A stretch of 64,000 bases of DNA from NCBI GenBank assembly GCA_020724865.1, contig DYGA01000004.1:6351-70350 (forward strand). Reading direction: 5' to 3'. How positions within the stretch are numbered: the stretch's first letter is position 1; each line of letters begins with the position of its first letter. This DNA comes from Candidatus Paceibacter sp. GTDB taxonomy: Bacteria > Patescibacteriota > Patescibacteriia > S139-126. Both the position numbers and the translations under genes were made by a program. Below, in pieces: positions 1 to 8,883 of this stretch. The notes under the pieces were generated by a model that saw only the letters and a list, made by a program, of their open reading frames with translations, was not told the DNA's origin and did not search any database.

Positions 1-11
1 ATTTCATAAAA

Positions 12-698
12 TTATAAAAAATATTTCTTAATATCGGAAAAATTTAATTTTAAAAACTTTCCCTCTGGCAAATCCCTTAATAAAAAATTGCCGATACGAA
101 CACGAATTAAATCTAATACCTGATAGCCAATCTGATCAAACATTTTACGAATTTGCCTGTTATAGCCCTGGTGAAGAACAACCCGATATGTATTAGTTTC
201 ATCCAATAATAACTTATCAAATTTCATTAATTTATTATCAACTTTTATACCTTTTAATAAAATATATTGATCATGACTGGACAACTCTTTATTTAGCTTG
301 ACTAAATACTCTTTTTCTTTTTTATTACTGGGATGAGTTATGTGTTGAGCAAAATCACCATCATTAGTTAAGATTAACAATCCTTTAGTTTCTTTATCCA
401 AGCGACCAACAGTAAAAACTGGCGGATTAGATGGAACTAAATCTACAACTCTTTTTTCTGATTGTTTTTTTTCTAAAGTGCAAACATAACCAGCTGGTTT
501 ATTTAAAATATAATACACCTTATGTAAAGGTGTTAAAATTTGACCCCGCAAGGTTACTTGATCGTTATGATTAACTTTCGTTGCTAAATCTTTGATAATT
601 TTTCCGTTAATAGCTATATCGCCTCTTTTTATAAATCCTTCTGCTTGACGACGGGAATACTTCGTAGCTGATGCAACATAACGATTTAATCTAATCAT
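12..698 (-). CDS. rRNA pseudouridine synthase, RsuA/RluB family (S4 RNA-binding domain plus pseudouridine synthase core)
   Basis: N-terminal S4-like segment (IRLNRYVASATKYSRRQAEGFIKRGDIAINGK). Catalytic-region motif GRLDKETKGLLILTNDG is typical of the RsuA/RluB/RluF family. Confidence 0.75.
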   Translation of the reverse strand: MIRLNRYVASATKYSRRQAEGFIKRGDIAINGKIIKDLATKVNHNDQVTLRGQILTPLHKVYYILNKPAGYVCTLEKKQSEKRVVDLVPSNPPVFTVGRLDKETKGLLILTNDGDFAQHITHPSNKKEKEYLVKLNKELSSHDQYILLKGIKVDNKLMKFDKLLLDETNTYRVVLHQGYNRQIRKMFDQIGYQVLDLIRVRIGNFLLRDLPEGKFLKLNFSDIKKYFL

Positions 699-1267
699 TT
701 TTTTACTCTGAATATTTTGTCTACGACAATAATTTTTGGCCCATTTAAAATATTATAAATAAACCTATCAGTCATTTGACTACGAGCTTGAAATTCACTT
801 GGCGAAAGTATAGTATAATTTATTTCTTGATCAAAATTTTTTTCTAAAATTTTAATAATATTTTTTAATTTTTCCAAAGGTATTTTTTCACCAACAACTA
901 ATATATCAGTTAAAGTATCAATCCGACGCACAAATTTACCTGTTAAAACGCAATACTTTATCTGTTTTAAATTCTTTATTTTGTCAATTATTTTATCTTC
1001 AATTAAACCTTGAGATTTGATAATTAAAGCTTCAATCTCGGAATATAATAGAAAATCTTTATTGACTTGATAATATTTTTTTTGTTCTTGATTAAATGTA
1101 ATTAAAAAACCAATACTAACTAAATTTTCTAATTCTCTCCTAACCGAATTTATTCTCTCATCAATCTCTCTGGTTAATTCACGAACAAAAAATTTACTCT
1201 CAGGATTTAGTAAAAATTTTTTTAATAATTTTACTCTGGTTCTTGAACTAAAGAGTTGTTCAAGCAT
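695..1267 (-). CDS. hypothetical protein, putative winged-helix DNA-binding regulator
   Basis: N-terminal HTH-like segment (FVRELTREIDERINSVRRELENLVSIGFL). Overlaps the upstream gene by 4 nt. No further recognisable domain. Confidence 0.35.
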   Translation of the reverse strand: MLEQLFSSRTRVKLLKKFLLNPESKFFVRELTREIDERINSVRRELENLVSIGFLITFNQEQKKYYQVNKDFLLYSEIEALIIKSQGLIEDKIIDKIKNLKQIKYCVLTGKFVRRIDTLTDILVVGEKIPLEKLKNIIKILEKNFDQEINYTILSPSEFQARSQMTDRFIYNILNGPKIIVVDKIFRVKK

Positions 1268-1384
1268 ATTTAAATAAATAAAAATTATCAGAATAATTTC
1301 AGATATTTTTATCCTATCTTACATTGCCACAAGTGTCAATATTGGTTAAAATATAATACATCTTATGATGTCTATATTAAATAT

Positions 1385-3511
1385 ATGGATTTATCAATAA
1401 ATACAATATTTATTCCCAATAATAAAGCAAATAACAACTGCAGTTTTTTTTATAAGATTCAACCTGAATTACCTGAACTGGGAGTATTGATATTTGGTAT
1501 TGATACCACTTTAAAAACTAATCAATTCGAAAAAATACTTAAACTTTTTTTTAATTTAAGTGATAATTATTTTCTTAAACAAGATATTACTGATCCTTTA
1601 GGTTGTTTTGAAAATGTTTTAAATGAATTTAATACAGATTTTGCTTTAACTTTTAAAGAACAAAATATTTGGTCAAAAAAAATAAATTTGACAATTGCTT
1701 TACTAATTGATAATAAACTTCATTTTGCTAACTACGGTAATAATCATTTATTGCTTCTAAGACAAAAAAATTATATCGATGTTATCAAGCAAGTATCGGC
1801 TAATTTATATATTCCGGGTAAAAAAATTTTTGATCAAATTTATTCTGGCCCAATAACTAACTTCCCGCGCATTGCCTTAGTCAATCAAGCAATTTTTGAC
1901 TACCTTAGTATTGATAATATTAAAAAAATATTTAATCTTTTACCTATAAAAAATATAGGCAATCAAATTGAGCAACTAACTATCAACACTTTTATAAACC
2001 AAAATTTGTCAGGGATAATTCTTATCAATCCTGCCAATCCCACACTAAAATCTGAAGATAAAAATATTATTAATTTATCCGCTGAGGAAACAATTAAAAG
2101 CTTAGAAACAAAAACAGCTGAAACTCAAAAATATCTACATCCTAAATATCTACCAGATATTACCAATATAAAAACAAAGTTAAAAAATATTTGGCTACCA
2201 AACAAAAAAAAATTGGTTTATAATAACAATCAATCATTACCTAAATTTAATAACTATTTTAAAAGATTCAAAGATTTTCCCACTGATTTAATAAACTTTA
2301 ATCGAAAAATAAAACATAAAAAAGATGATTTTTTAAACATATTGAAAAATTCACCAAGTAATTTAATTTTTGCTATTAAACTATTTAAAAATAAAATCAA
2401 ATTACTTTCTGGTTTAAGTAAATTTTTACTTGCAACAGCCTTAATTTTACTGGTAGCTTTGTTAACTAATTTGTCTCTAATGGGTATTAGTAAAAATACT
2501 AATATAAACACAGAATACTTTACAGAAAATGTAAATAAAATAAACAATTTACACAATGAAGCTCAAGCGGCAATTATTTATGGCGATAATCAAAAAGCAA
2601 GAAAAATATTGGGTGAAGCCCTAAATTTAATTTCCAGCTTGCCCAAAAATAACACGGAAAGAGAAAATATTAATAAAGAACTTTTTAATAAAAATTCAGA
2701 ATTAATGGCCGAGGCCAATAAACTTACTGTGTTATCAAATCTTACCAATTTAATTGATATTAAAAATTTTACCTCTGATAAAATAATTTCTGGCGGTTTA
2801 GCAACTTCAGAAAATAATTTATATATTCTTACTAATAATAATTTATTTAAATTAAATTTAATCAATCGTGATATTATTGCCACAAATTTACCAGCAGAAT
2901 CACCACTGTTTTTAATTAGTGATCAAAATAATTTACTTGTTTATTTTAAAAATAATTCAATTTATCTTTACGAAAATAAATCAAATATCTGGCAAGAATT
3001 AAAATTTAACTGGCCAAACGCAAATTTCCCTATAACAGGTGCTATTTATAATGACAATATTTATTTGGTAAATGATAACAACCAAATTATTCGTTATAAC
3101 CGCTCAGGAGATGGATTTATTAATTCACAAACTTGGTTAGGAACAAATCAATTACCAAAAATAAAAAGTTTAGCAATCGATGGATCAATATATACTTGGC
3201 ACGAAAATGGAGACATAAATAAATTTACCCGTGGTCAATTAGACAATTTTTCGGTTGAACCAATTGAACCAATAATTCGGAGTAGCTTTCAAATTATAAC
3301 TGCCAACGATATCCCTGCATTATATTTATTGGATAATAATAATCAACGAATTATAATCTACAATAAAGATGGCAAATTGATAAAACAATATAAATTCGAT
3401 GTGGCCAATCAAATTAAAAGCATGACTGTAACCAGAATAAAAGAAAATAATAAAAGACTGATTTATTTAATTAATGACGATAATATTTATGAACTTCTAG
3501 TTGATGAATAA
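1385..3511 (+). CDS. membrane protein: N-terminal PP2C-like domain with degenerate catalytic motifs, one TM helix, C-terminal extracytoplasmic repeat (beta-propeller-like) domain
   Basis: ALLIDNKLHFANYGNNHLLLLRQ resembles the PP2C motif (..kLyvANvGDSRavL.r), but GDSR is replaced by GNNH. Hydrophobic TM at about aa 340-365 (LLATALILLVALLTNLSLMGI). C-terminal half carries repeated Y/N/W-rich beta-like segments. Confidence 0.5.
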   Translation: MDLSINTIFIPNNKANNNCSFFYKIQPELPELGVLIFGIDTTLKTNQFEKILKLFFNLSDNYFLKQDITDPLGCFENVLNEFNTDFALTFKEQNIWSKKINLTIALLIDNKLHFANYGNNHLLLLRQKNYIDVIKQVSANLYIPGKKIFDQIYSGPITNFPRIALVNQAIFDYLSIDNIKKIFNLLPIKNIGNQIEQLTINTFINQNLSGIILINPANPTLKSEDKNIINLSAEETIKSLETKTAETQKYLHPKYLPDITNIKTKLKNIWLPNKKKLVYNNNQSLPKFNNYFKRFKDFPTDLINFNRKIKHKKDDFLNILKNSPSNLIFAIKLFKNKIKLLSGLSKFLLATALILLVALLTNLSLMGISKNTNINTEYFTENVNKINNLHNEAQAAIIYGDNQKARKILGEALNLISSLPKNNTERENINKELFNKNSELMAEANKLTVLSNLTNLIDIKNFTSDKIISGGLATSENNLYILTNNNLFKLNLINRDIIATNLPAESPLFLISDQNNLLVYFKNNSIYLYENKSNIWQELKFNWPNANFPITGAIYNDNIYLVNDNNQIIRYNRSGDGFINSQTWLGTNQLPKIKSLAIDGSIYTWHENGDINKFTRGQLDNFSVEPIEPIIRSSFQIITANDIPALYLLDNNNQRIIIYNKDGKLIKQYKFDVANQIKSMTVTRIKENNKRLIYLINDDNIYELLVDE

Positions 3512-3529
3512 GTGTTTACGCAACAAATA

Positions 3530-3575
3530 AAAATAAAAAATTACCCCGAAAAATCGGGGTAATTTTAAAATAACT
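3530..3575. terminator. bidirectional intrinsic terminator hairpin between convergent genes
   Basis: Inverted repeat taccccg-aaaaat-cggggta (3542-3561), flanked by an A-run upstream and a T-run downstream. It sits between the 3' ends of the 1385..3511(+) gene and rplL(-). Confidence 0.6.
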
Positions 3576-3585
3576 GAAAAAGTTA

Positions 3586-3999
3586 CTATTTTAAATTAAC
3601 TTTAGCGCCAGCTTCTTCTAATTTCTTTTTCATTTCTTCTGCTTCTTCTTTTTTAACACCTTCCTTCAAAACTTTAGGTGCACCGTCAACTAAATCTTTT
3701 GCTTCTTTTAATCCTAATTGTGTAACCTCTCTAACTACCTTAATAACACCGATTTTATTGTCACCAGCTGATGCTAATTCAACAACAAAGTCAGTTTTTT
3801 CCTCAGCTGCTTCACCACCTCCGGCTGCTGATACGGCAGCAGTTACGGCAACTGGAGCAGCGGCAGAAACGCCAAATTTATCTTCCAAAATTTTTACTAA
3901 TTCAGACAAATCAAGCACTGACATTTTTTCTATTTCTTCAACAATTTTTTTAAATTTTTCAGGAATTTCAACTTGTTTATCTTTTTTTTCATCTGTCAT
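3586..3999 (-). CDS. rplL: 50S ribosomal protein L7/L12
   Basis: Typical L7/L12 sequence: N-terminal dimerisation region ([27 protein letters not shown]), Ala-rich hinge, and C-terminal domain ([34 protein letters not shown]). Confidence 0.92.
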   Translation of the reverse strand: MTDEKKDKQVEIPEKFKKIVEEIEKMSVLDLSELVKILEDKFGVSAAAPVAVTAAVSAAGGGEAAEEKTDFVVELASAGDNKIGVIKVVREVTQLGLKEAKDLVDGAPKVLKEGVKKEEAEEMKKKLEEAGAKVNLK

Positions 4000-4010
4000 A
4001 TTTTTACTAC

Positions 4011-4535
4011 TTAATTTTTAGAATTTTTAATTGCGTTTAACGCATAAACTAAACTTCGTAAATTACCCGCCAATACATTAACCAATCCAGATACAGGAGC
4101 ATTGATACTGCCTACTAATTTAGCTAATAATTCTTCTTTACTTGGTAGTGTTGCTAGGTCTTTAACTCGGTTAGAATCAATGAATGAATGCTCTAACATA
4201 CCACCAAATATTTGCATAGCTTCGTTGGTTTTGCCAAATTTTACTAATACTTTTGCTGGTGCTATTTCATCTTGATAACCAAACGCTACGGTAACAGCAC
4301 CAGTAAAATTATCAACTATTGTTTCGTCAAATTTATTTTGCTTTAAAGCAATCTTTAATAAATTTTTCTTTGCCATCTTTAATTCTGCACCATCTTGACG
4401 TAAATTTTTACGAAGATCTTCGGTTTGACTAACTGTTAAATTATTATAAGAAGCAAAAATAACTGATTTAGCTTGAGCTAATTTTTCAGATAAATCTTTT
4501 ACTTCTTTTTCTTTTTGTTGTTTAGTTTTAGCCAT
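4011..4535 (-). CDS. rplJ: 50S ribosomal protein L10
   Basis: L10-like sequence immediately upstream of rplL. I place the start at the internal Met ([18 protein letters not shown] at 4535) rather than the ORF-track start at 4595, because the upstream 20 codons look like leader sequence. Confidence 0.85.
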   Translation of the reverse strand: MAKTKQQKEKEVKDLSEKLAQAKSVIFASYNNLTVSQTEDLRKNLRQDGAELKMAKKNLLKIALKQNKFDETIVDNFTGAVTVAFGYQDEIAPAKVLVKFGKTNEAMQIFGGMLEHSFIDSNRVKDLATLPSKEELLAKLVGSINAPVSGLVNVLAGNLRSLVYALNAIKNSKN

Positions 4536-4700
4536 ATAAAATAAAAAACTGCGTTTAAACGCAGACTTTTTTTCGGTAATCGACCTAATCCACAATAAAG
4601 GATCTTACCTCGATAGGCGCAAATTTTGCATTACATAAAGGTTAAACCTTTATAACCTATTGTCTGCGGTGTAAAAATATTATATCATAAGAAAATATCT
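4536..4700 (-). promoter_or_regulatory. putative L10 (rplJ) leader / 5' UTR
   Basis: About 160 nt of non-coding sequence upstream of rplJ with local secondary-structure potential. By analogy to bacterial L10 leaders that bind the L10(L12)4 complex. Not confirmed by any conserved motif I can see by eye. Confidence 0.25.
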
Positions 4701-4709
4701 AGTCAAGAA

Positions 4710-4742
4710 ATAAAAAAACCCCGTTAATTATAACGGGGTTGA
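4710..4742 (-). terminator. intrinsic terminator (minus strand)
   Basis: Hairpin aaccccgtta-atta-taacggggtt (4717-4740), followed on the minus strand by a U-run (complement of aaaaaaa 4712-4718). Lies downstream of the small ORFs at 4751-5133. Confidence 0.6.
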
Positions 4743-4750
4743 TTTTAAGT

Positions 4751-4921
4751 TTAAGAAAAATATGGCTTTTTTTGTGATTCTGATTTCATTACGGGCCGAT
4801 GTTCTTCTTTTTTATCAATTGGAGGAGTGATAAACTGTTTTTCTATATATTGAGCAATAAATTCGTTCTCTTTGTCATCAGTTTTATTTTCTTTATTTTT
4901 TTTACTATTGTCATTATTCAT
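4751..4921 (-). CDS. hypothetical small charged protein (56 aa), translationally coupled to the upstream ORF
   Basis: ATG at 4921..4919 overlaps the TGA stop of the 4918..5133 ORF (ATGA overlap). Translation: MNNDNSKKNKENKTDDKENEFIAQYIEKQFITPPIDKKEEHRPVMKSESQKKPYFS. Below the ORF-track length cutoff. Confidence 0.3.
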   Translation of the reverse strand: MNNDNSKKNKENKTDDKENEFIAQYIEKQFITPPIDKKEEHRPVMKSESQKKPYFS

Positions 4922-5133
4922 AAAGCACCCACCTCTAAATAAAAAGGCTTTTCGTTTTTTCTCAAAATCAAAAAAGAAGAAAATGGAAAATTCATTTCTG
5001 TAAAATTGTGTTGTTGCAAATATCTATAATATTCTTCTTTTTTTTGTTCGTTTTCTCTTTCTCGCCTATTTTTTTCCTCTTGTTTGATGTCAATTTGAAC
5101 ATCGTGAGACTGATTTGATGCTTGGTTATTCAT
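4918..5133 (-). CDS. hypothetical small protein (71 aa)
   Basis: Strong Shine-Dalgarno (AAGGGAGGT) 5 nt upstream of the ATG at 5133. Highly charged N-terminal half. No homology recognised. Confidence 0.45.
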   Translation of the reverse strand: MNNQASNQSHDVQIDIKQEEKNRRERENEQKKEEYYRYLQQHNFTEMNFPFSSFLILRKNEKPFYLEVGAL

Positions 5134-5379
5134 AAGAACCTCCCTTAGATTTGTTATTAGATAAATAATTTGTTAAAGAGCTAAAAAAACAAAAAAACTG
5201 GCTAAATAGTAGCCAGCTTTTAAAATATTTTAAAACTGCTGACTACAACGCCAGATTAATAATAATAATTACAAATAAAACTATTTGCGCGCCAGAATGC
5301 AATATTTTTTCAGATTTACCTGTAGTCATGTAAAAATGATAACAAAATTATAAAATCCTTCAATAGTATAGTTGTGGAT

Positions 5380-5412
5380 AAATTAAAACCAGCCTACGTT
5401 AAGGCTGGTTAA
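5380..5412 (-). terminator. intrinsic terminator (minus strand) downstream of the 5427..6551 gene
   Basis: Hairpin aaccagcc-tacgtt-aaggctggtt (5387-5410), followed on the minus strand by ttttaattt. Confidence 0.5.
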
Positions 5413-5426
5413 ATTTAATTTAAATT

Positions 5427-6551
5427 TTAGAGGCCACCGTGTAAAGTTATTGTCTCTACACGATTATCACTGCCTTGTATCAAACCGTTTTGACTAAAAC
5501 CAAATTGGAATACATAGTAAAATGTTCCGTTAATACCCCAGGCTTGATCATAGAGATGAACTAATGATTTATTATATTGCGGTTTACCGGGTAAAAACTT
5601 TTCTACCAATACTCTAACCCCTAAAGGAGGGTTTTGTGGTTCTCTGGTACGGAAAGCAGTCAAAGTATAACTATTTTCTTTTCCCGTATTTTTAACAACG
5701 ATACCGCGATAATGAAAGCATAAACTATTCCAAGTAGTTTCAATCATATTGACATATCTGGTGCCTTCGCCGCCAATATATTCTTCACCGGCTTCACTTA
5801 AATTAGATACATAACGAACATCTTCATCGCAACAATTAGCACCCTGCCAATAGAAGTCCATTTCTGGATAAGGAGGATTGAGATTGGGAAAATCAGCACT
5901 CCAAGTATTGTGCAAATTTTTGGTTAATTCATCTTGATTTGACACAAAGGGTGCCACCCTCATAAGCGTATTTAAATTATCATAGGTTTGTTTAATACTG
6001 GTACAAGAACCACTGCATTTTGATACTAGACTAAAAACAAAATAATCATATTCATTACCCTTTGGGGTAGTACCGTGAACAACTTGTGTCAATTGTACAT
6101 AACCAGAGGAATTAACCTCAATATACATAGGATAAGCTTGAGTTTCACCACCAATAACCATAAATGCGCGATAATCACCCCAAGTCACTTTGAATGGTGG
6201 ACAGGTATAAAAGCCATTATTTCCTGGCCAAGTACCCACTTCTTGAATATAGATAGCTGCGCCTTGCTGGTTGGTTAGAACAACAAATACTTTATCACCA
6301 TCTTTATATAATGGTATATCATCTTCACTATTGCCTTTCATCAGTCTTGTAGAACCAGTATAATCTGGAGCATAACCTAAACCAACCCCGGTGATAGTTA
6401 TATCTTTTCCATCAAAGGTAACATCCTGGCCACCACTAAGTGCTGAAACCGGATCTTTATAATCCTCCTGACAACCTTGGAAAAGGTTAAAAGAAAAAAA
6501 GGCAACTAGAATAACTACTAGAAACGGCAAGAACTTTTTGAACTTGTTCAT
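5427..6551 (-). CDS. hypothetical lipoprotein (signal peptide with lipobox LFQGC)
   Basis: N-terminal signal peptide ending in LFQG-C (lipobox). Gly/Tyr/Thr/Asn-rich mature domain with several Cys pairs. Local GC looks modestly higher (about 35-43% over sampled 60-mers) than neighbouring genes (about 28-32%). Confidence 0.6.
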   Translation of the reverse strand: MNKFKKFLPFLVVILVAFFSFNLFQGCQEDYKDPVSALSGGQDVTFDGKDITITGVGLGYAPDYTGSTRLMKGNSEDDIPLYKDGDKVFVVLTNQQGAAIYIQEVGTWPGNNGFYTCPPFKVTWGDYRAFMVIGGETQAYPMYIEVNSSGYVQLTQVVHGTTPKGNEYDYFVFSLVSKCSGSCTSIKQTYDNLNTLMRVAPFVSNQDELTKNLHNTWSADFPNLNPPYPEMDFYWQGANCCDEDVRYVSNLSEAGEEYIGGEGTRYVNMIETTWNSLCFHYRGIVVKNTGKENSYTLTAFRTREPQNPPLGVRVLVEKFLPGKPQYNKSLVHLYDQAWGINGTFYYVFQFGFSQNGLIQGSDNRVETITLHGGL

Positions 6552-6598
6552 GATCTGAACTCCTTTATTTGTGAAACATGTTAAATTAATTAGAACTA

Positions 6599-7744
6599 CT
6601 AGAACAAAAAATATTTTACATTAAGACTGATATCAAAAATATCAATCGGTGGATCAACTAAAATCTGATCGATTTTATAAAATTCAATTTCATCTCCCGA
6701 TTCATAAGAGATATTGACATTTAAATCAAATGGGAAAGCACAAAAATTTAATGTCAAAAATCCTCCTATCCATTTAGGTTGATGTTTTCTGGTATATAAT
6801 TCATCGTCATATTTACTTATACTTGTTTGATAACCAAAAGTATAAGAAAATTTAGTAGTTAAATTATCTTGATAACCAATACGAAATTTTGCCCGATTAT
6901 AATAACCAGTCGACGAACGAACACGATATAATTGTACTAAATCGTATTTTTCTTGTTCTCCAGAAATTAATAATTTCCAAATATTAATTAAAGCGCTTAA
7001 ACGGTAATATTTATAATCAATCTCAGAATTTTCGTAATCATAAGAAAGATTAATATCTAGTCCGCCAATTACTTTAAACCAACTAAAATCTAAACCAGAA
7101 TTTATAGTTAAACCAGAAAAAAATGCTCCATAATAATACTGATTTACATCAAAATCTTCTATCCATTTATAATCTAAGATTCCTATTTGCAAATCAGTAC
7201 TTAAAACAAGAAGTGAACTTAACCATTTTCTGTACCAACCAAAACCTGTTCTGACTTCGTTAAGCGGTAGAGTTGTGGCTTTAAACCAACCGTTATGAAA
7301 TTGATCATAAAAAGCATAAATACCGCTACTATCACAGTCAGCTAAACAAGGTTCACAAGGATCACGTGACTGGATCACCACTGGCGGTGGTAAAATTGGT
7401 TCAGGTTCAGCACAATCAATAAAATGCACTAAAACATCTATTAACTCATCTCCTTTGAGTCCGGTGATAGAAAAAATATACGGTTCATCTAGGCGCGAAC
7501 CATTTGGTATATATTTTGATTCATAAAAAGTTGAATCAATATAAATATCAAGTTGATCAGCGCAATCACCAATATATTTTAACCACACATCAATACAATT
7601 ATTTTCCTGATAGACAATATTAACTTTTTCAATTTTTCCTTTTTTAAAGGCAATATTGTCTATAATTTCAATCTCCTGTTGAGCTATTGTCGGATAAACC
7701 AATGACAAAAAAAGGAGCAACCAACAAAATTTAACTACTTTCAT
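6599..7744 (-). CDS. secreted beta-rich protein with OMP-like C-terminus (..NVKYFLF-COOH)
   Basis: Cleavable signal peptide (MKVVKFCWLLLFLSLVYPTIAQQ). Cys-rich N-terminal module (DPCEPCLADCDSSG). Long aromatic/Gly-rich alternating segments. Terminal strand with alternating hydrophobics ending in Phe, as in outer-membrane beta-barrels. Confidence 0.55.
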   Translation of the reverse strand: MKVVKFCWLLLFLSLVYPTIAQQEIEIIDNIAFKKGKIEKVNIVYQENNCIDVWLKYIGDCADQLDIYIDSTFYESKYIPNGSRLDEPYIFSITGLKGDELIDVLVHFIDCAEPEPILPPPVVIQSRDPCEPCLADCDSSGIYAFYDQFHNGWFKATTLPLNEVRTGFGWYRKWLSSLLVLSTDLQIGILDYKWIEDFDVNQYYYGAFFSGLTINSGLDFSWFKVIGGLDINLSYDYENSEIDYKYYRLSALINIWKLLISGEQEKYDLVQLYRVRSSTGYYNRAKFRIGYQDNLTTKFSYTFGYQTSISKYDDELYTRKHQPKWIGGFLTLNFCAFPFDLNVNISYESGDEIEFYKIDQILVDPPIDIFDISLNVKYFLF

Positions 7745-7881
7745 TTTTACCTCTTTATATTTAGTTTTAAAAAAAACATTTCCGCTTACCTTAACACAAA
7801 AAATTTTATTTTGTCAAGATCATTAAAAAACCTTGTTACCAACAAGGTTTAAAAAACAAAATAAACTAAAAATATATAAAA

Positions 7882-8880
7882 TTACCTTAAATACTGCCTA
7901 TTTTTGGTGTGTTCAACAAAAGTTTTAGCATAATAGACCTGACCATCCGGTGCCGTTAAAAAAAATAAAAAATCATTAGCTTGGGGATACAAAGCTGCTT
8001 GCAAAGCTATAAGTCCGGGATTTGCTATCGGCGTTGGCGGTAAACCAGGATATTTATAAGAATTATAAGGATTATCCAAAGCTAATTCCTCTGCGGTTAG
8101 GCTGGGATTTTTGCCACCAATAGCATAATTTAAAGTACTATCTGCTTGTAAAAGCATTCCTAATGATAAACGACGTAAAAAAATATCAGCTACTAAGCGC
8201 ATATCTTTTTCAGTTTTAACTTCTTTTTCCAACAATGAAGCTAATTTCACAATATCGGAAATACTTCTTCCCTGCTCACTAGCTGCCAAACGCATTGACT
8301 CATTAAATTTGTTATCAAAATTCTTCAACATTTTATCAATTATATCAACCACAGATGGGTTGGAAAAAAAATGATAAGTATCAGGAAATAAATAACCTTC
8401 CAAAGTTGTAGTGGAAGATAATTCAGCTAAAAAAGAATATTTATCTTGCCATAAACCGACTTTATTATATTCGTCAAATTCGGCTGTGGAATTTATCACT
8501 TTTTGTTCCAATAAATAATTGGCAATATCTACAGTGGTCCAACCTTCAATAAATTTTAATACCAGTTTATTTGCTGATTGTGGTGAGGTTAATATTTTTA
8601 CTAATTCAAAATTATTGCTGCCAGCGGGTATAGTAAAACTACCAGCAATAAATTGTTTTTCTAAACCTTTGTACCAAACATAAGTTTCAAAAACAAACTT
8701 ATTTTTTATCAAACCCTGTTGATACAAATTTTGGCTAATCTGATGAACGCCATCACCAACTTGAATTACAAAATCTTTATTTTCATATTTTTCCGCCGGC
8801 AAAAAATTATATGCAAAAAAACCTATGCCTATCAAAAAAATACCAAAAATTAAAATTACTAAATAAATAAAATACTTCAT
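7882..8880 (-). CDS. mltG: endolytic murein transglycosylase MltG (YceG family)
   Basis: N-terminal TM anchor and YceG-like domain with conserved segments (FLTAPDGQVYYAKTFVEH; LYPQ..). Length about 330 aa. Confidence 0.85.
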   Translation of the reverse strand: MKYFIYLVILIFGIFLIGIGFFAYNFLPAEKYENKDFVIQVGDGVHQISQNLYQQGLIKNKFVFETYVWYKGLEKQFIAGSFTIPAGSNNFELVKILTSPQSANKLVLKFIEGWTTVDIANYLLEQKVINSTAEFDEYNKVGLWQDKYSFLAELSSTTTLEGYLFPDTYHFFSNPSVVDIIDKMLKNFDNKFNESMRLAASEQGRSISDIVKLASLLEKEVKTEKDMRLVADIFLRRLSLGMLLQADSTLNYAIGGKNPSLTAEELALDNPYNSYKYPGLPPTPIANPGLIALQAALYPQANDFLFFLTAPDGQVYYAKTFVEHTKNRQYLR

Positions 8881-8883
8881 AAA

